The notes beneath the pieces were generated by a model. It ran no database searches. It saw only the letters and a program-made list of their open reading frames with translations, and was not told the origin of the DNA. The position numbers were made by a program, and so were the translations under genes. Of a stretch of DNA of 64,000 nt, positions 62,115 to 64,000 are shown piece by piece. How positions within the stretch are numbered: position 1 is the stretch's first letter; each line of letters begins with the position of its first letter. The DNA is from Candidatus Bathyarchaeota archaeon (GTDB lineage: Archaea > Thermoproteota > Bathyarchaeia > Bathyarchaeales > Bathycorpusculaceae): NCBI GenBank assembly GCA_963772455.1, contig CAVYXJ010000012.1:32001-96000 (forward strand), given 5' to 3'.

Positions 62115-62342
62115 CGTTACGATTTTTCGTCGATTAATGTATTTTCATCCCTTAAATTTATCTCGATTACTTGGATTCACAACATACTAAAAATCAATTA
62201 ATTCATAGCCAAGTAAAATATAGTGTTCCAGAAACATAAAAAGATGTGTCCAACAGTTCAATACCTTTATAGGTTTTTGGGAAAGGTAAAAAAACAAGTC
62301 CTTCAACATAATGGAATTACTAAATAGAGATTTGAGTCCATT

Positions 62343-62468
62343 ATGCCACCGTATTGCTTTGGAAAATTCGTGTGCTCAGAAGGACAGAAATTGACATGTA
62401 AATATGCTGATTTATGCCAAATGAAACAAATCGCTTCTCAACAACAACTTATCCTAAGTTTGCATTAA
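62343..62468 (+). CDS. Small four-Cys protein (41 aa)
   Basis: MPPYCFGKFVCSEGQKLTCKYADLCQMKQIASQQQLILSLH. Confidence 0.5.
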   Translation: MPPYCFGKFVCSEGQKLTCKYADLCQMKQIASQQQLILSLH

Positions 62469-62519
62469 ATAAAATAGTCAAATGACCAGATAAAGCAAAT
62501 TGCTTTTCAAACTAAATTA

Positions 62520-62780
62520 TTATTTTGACTTTAATTGTCTTTTTTGGAAAATAACAACTCTTTCTTTAAGTTTAACCTTGCAAGTGTAATTAGAAGATAA
62601 CCCTAATAGGTTTTGGACGCGAGTTCTATTTTTAGAGTTCTCCCAAAATACACGGTAGTTTAGGGCTGTTTTAGGCAATTGTAAACCCAATATATTATAG
62701 ATTTCTTGATTTTGTAAAGTAATGGTTTCTACACCTGAAGAACTTATCTGATCTAAAAGAGGCTGATTCTTGTTCATCAA
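62520..62780 (-). CDS. Small domain with ITL-x-x-x-EI-x-x-ILG-x-x-LP-x-TA...W-x-N pattern (DUF7662-like)
   Basis: Pattern recognised by eye; family assignment tentative. Confidence 0.55.
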   Translation of the reverse strand: MMNKNQPLLDQISSSGVETITLQNQEIYNILGLQLPKTALNYRVFWENSKNRTRVQNLLGLSSNYTCKVKLKERVVIFQKRQLKSK

Positions 62781-63001
62781 TTATCACGTTCCAGTTATTG
62801 TCATCATTTCGTACGACGTAAGATTATGTTAAATAGATTTATGAATTTAAAATCCATAAAAATTGAAGACTGCTAATCTATTTCTGTATAATATTAATAT
62901 ACATTATTATTTTTGTAATGTAACAGAAGTCAAGATACTTTTAGAATCAAAATAATGGTCTTATATGTTCAGCAAGAGTTGAATCCTTGGAGAAGGAGAA
63001 A

Positions 63002-63151
63002 ATGGACATAAAAAGACAAAAAGATGATTTAAACGAAGATGTTGTTCTAGCTGAATTAGAGAAACTAAGTTCAAATTGGAGACTCTACAATCAGCAACCT
63101 ACTAAAGAACGAATAAAACTAATTGAACTAAGCCGTTTAACCCAAAAATAA
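63002..63151 (+). CDS. Small hypothetical protein (49 aa)
   Basis: ATG ORF MDIKRQKDDLNEDVV...LTQK after GGAGAAGGAG. Confidence 0.45.
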   Translation: MDIKRQKDDLNEDVVLAELEKLSSNWRLYNQQPTKERIKLIELSRLTQK

Positions 63152-63315
63152 CTAGATTTCAGTATTCTTTTTTAAGATAGATTCTGTTTCACAAATCGAT
63201 ATGTCTGTGGTAAGAAATTGAAATTAATTTTTTCAATGTGAAGAAAAACGGGAAAAAACGATTGGTTACTGCCCCCTTATTTGATTCCCTGACCAAGTTC
63301 ATTTTCAATTAATAA

Positions 63316-63399
63316 TCAAATTAATATCCAAAGCAAGAACCCGAAAACTACGAAAACACCAATTAATCCTAAACCAAGTTTTACTTGATTGTATGCCAT
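63316..63399 (-). CDS. Single-TM micropeptide (27 aa)
   Basis: MAYNQVKLGLGLIGVFVVFGFLLWILI with AGGTGA RBS. Confidence 0.45.
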   Translation of the reverse strand: MAYNQVKLGLGLIGVFVVFGFLLWILI

Positions 63400-63450
63400 T
63401 TTTTCACCTACATCAACTTTGAATAATTCAAAATAAGACAGATTTCTGAC

Positions 63451-63663
63451 TTAAAGTGTGTCTCCGTTTCTTCTCCAACTGTTTGGGTTTTGATAATTTG
63501 CTCGAGGTCCTTCTTGCCTTATTGTGTCGTAGACTTTAAGAAATTCTTCGCTTGAAAGTTTCTTACGGTTTTGAATCTTGGTGATAACTTGAAGCGTTCC
63601 TTCATCTGGCATATTCGTGTTATGGGAAAGCTTCAAAGTTTCAATTAATCTTTCTTTAAACAT
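63451..63663 (-). CDS. Hypothetical protein (70 aa, from MFKERL)
   Basis: ATG 4 nt after the stop of 63668-63859. Confidence 0.5.
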   Translation of the reverse strand: MFKERLIETLKLSHNTNMPDEGTLQVITKIQNRKKLSSEEFLKVYDTIRQEGPRANYQNPNSWRRNGDTL

Positions 63664-63667
63664 ATTC

Positions 63668-63859
63668 TCACCAATTATAACTTGGGCTTTCTTGACTGGA
63701 TGGTCTTTGAGCCATGGGCTTTTGTTGCAGCTTGGGTTTTGGAATTTCAATCCCCCAAGATTTTTTAAGTGCTGCTCGACATTTTTCAGCAAAGTCATCC
63801 TCAAGATTTTGGGGGATTTTTTGGGTTACCATTTTATTTTTCACATCATCATATTTCAA
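63668..63859 (-). CDS. Hypothetical protein
   Basis: 63-aa ORF coupled to the downstream small gene. Confidence 0.45.
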   Translation of the reverse strand: MKYDDVKNKMVTQKIPQNLEDDFAEKCRAALKKSWGIEIPKPKLQQKPMAQRPSSQESPSYNW

Positions 63860-64000
63860 TTGAAAACAATAAAAGCAATATTTCTAGCGCGTGCATATAT
63901 CAAAAACGAAAATATTGTCGTCACAGTTACTTTCCCAAAGGTGATACGTTAGAATTTTTATGGGCAAAGAATTTTATTTAATTTTGGCAAGATTGTGATT

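Noticed and set aside
1-64000. CRISPR arrays, rRNA, complete tRNA genes, transposases and integrases; many short antisense ORFs in the track
   Set aside because: None of these elements seen by eye; the antisense ORFs shadow well-supported genes

Overview
Archaeal chromosomal window, AT-rich. Gene content (TBP, pelota, TFS, AK6, archaeal RNase P RNA, Cren7-like protein, mfn cluster, complex-I-like [NiFe] hydrogenase) suggests Bathyarchaeia; this taxonomy is an inference. Main blocks: a methanofuran biosynthesis operon (mfnB-A-D-F-E) with a divergent HisA/F-like gene; a patchy accessory region at about 14.7-25 kb (small ORFs, VapBC, orphan histidine kinase, CDF transporter); housekeeping genes around rnpB and tbp; hppA; proBA; a Nuo-like operon (A-B-CD-H-I-J-K-L-M-N) whose large subunit keeps both NiFe CxxC motifs; ABC transporters; a beta-CASP nuclease; and a tandem DUF72 pair, the second ending in a PCNA PIP box. 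The strongest unexplained signals are non-coding. They are a promoter-preceded, multi-helix ~240-nt RNA with a possible kissing-loop pseudoknot (17112-17351), two tandem long box C/D RNAs (14924-15138), several other intergenic folds, and an inverted 23-nt copy of the RNase P RNA 3' end beside VapBC. Nine genes are frameshifted, mostly by single extra bases that look like merged SNP alleles, i.e. probably a consensus artefact rather than real pseudogenes. All RNA folds were read by eye and not computed.
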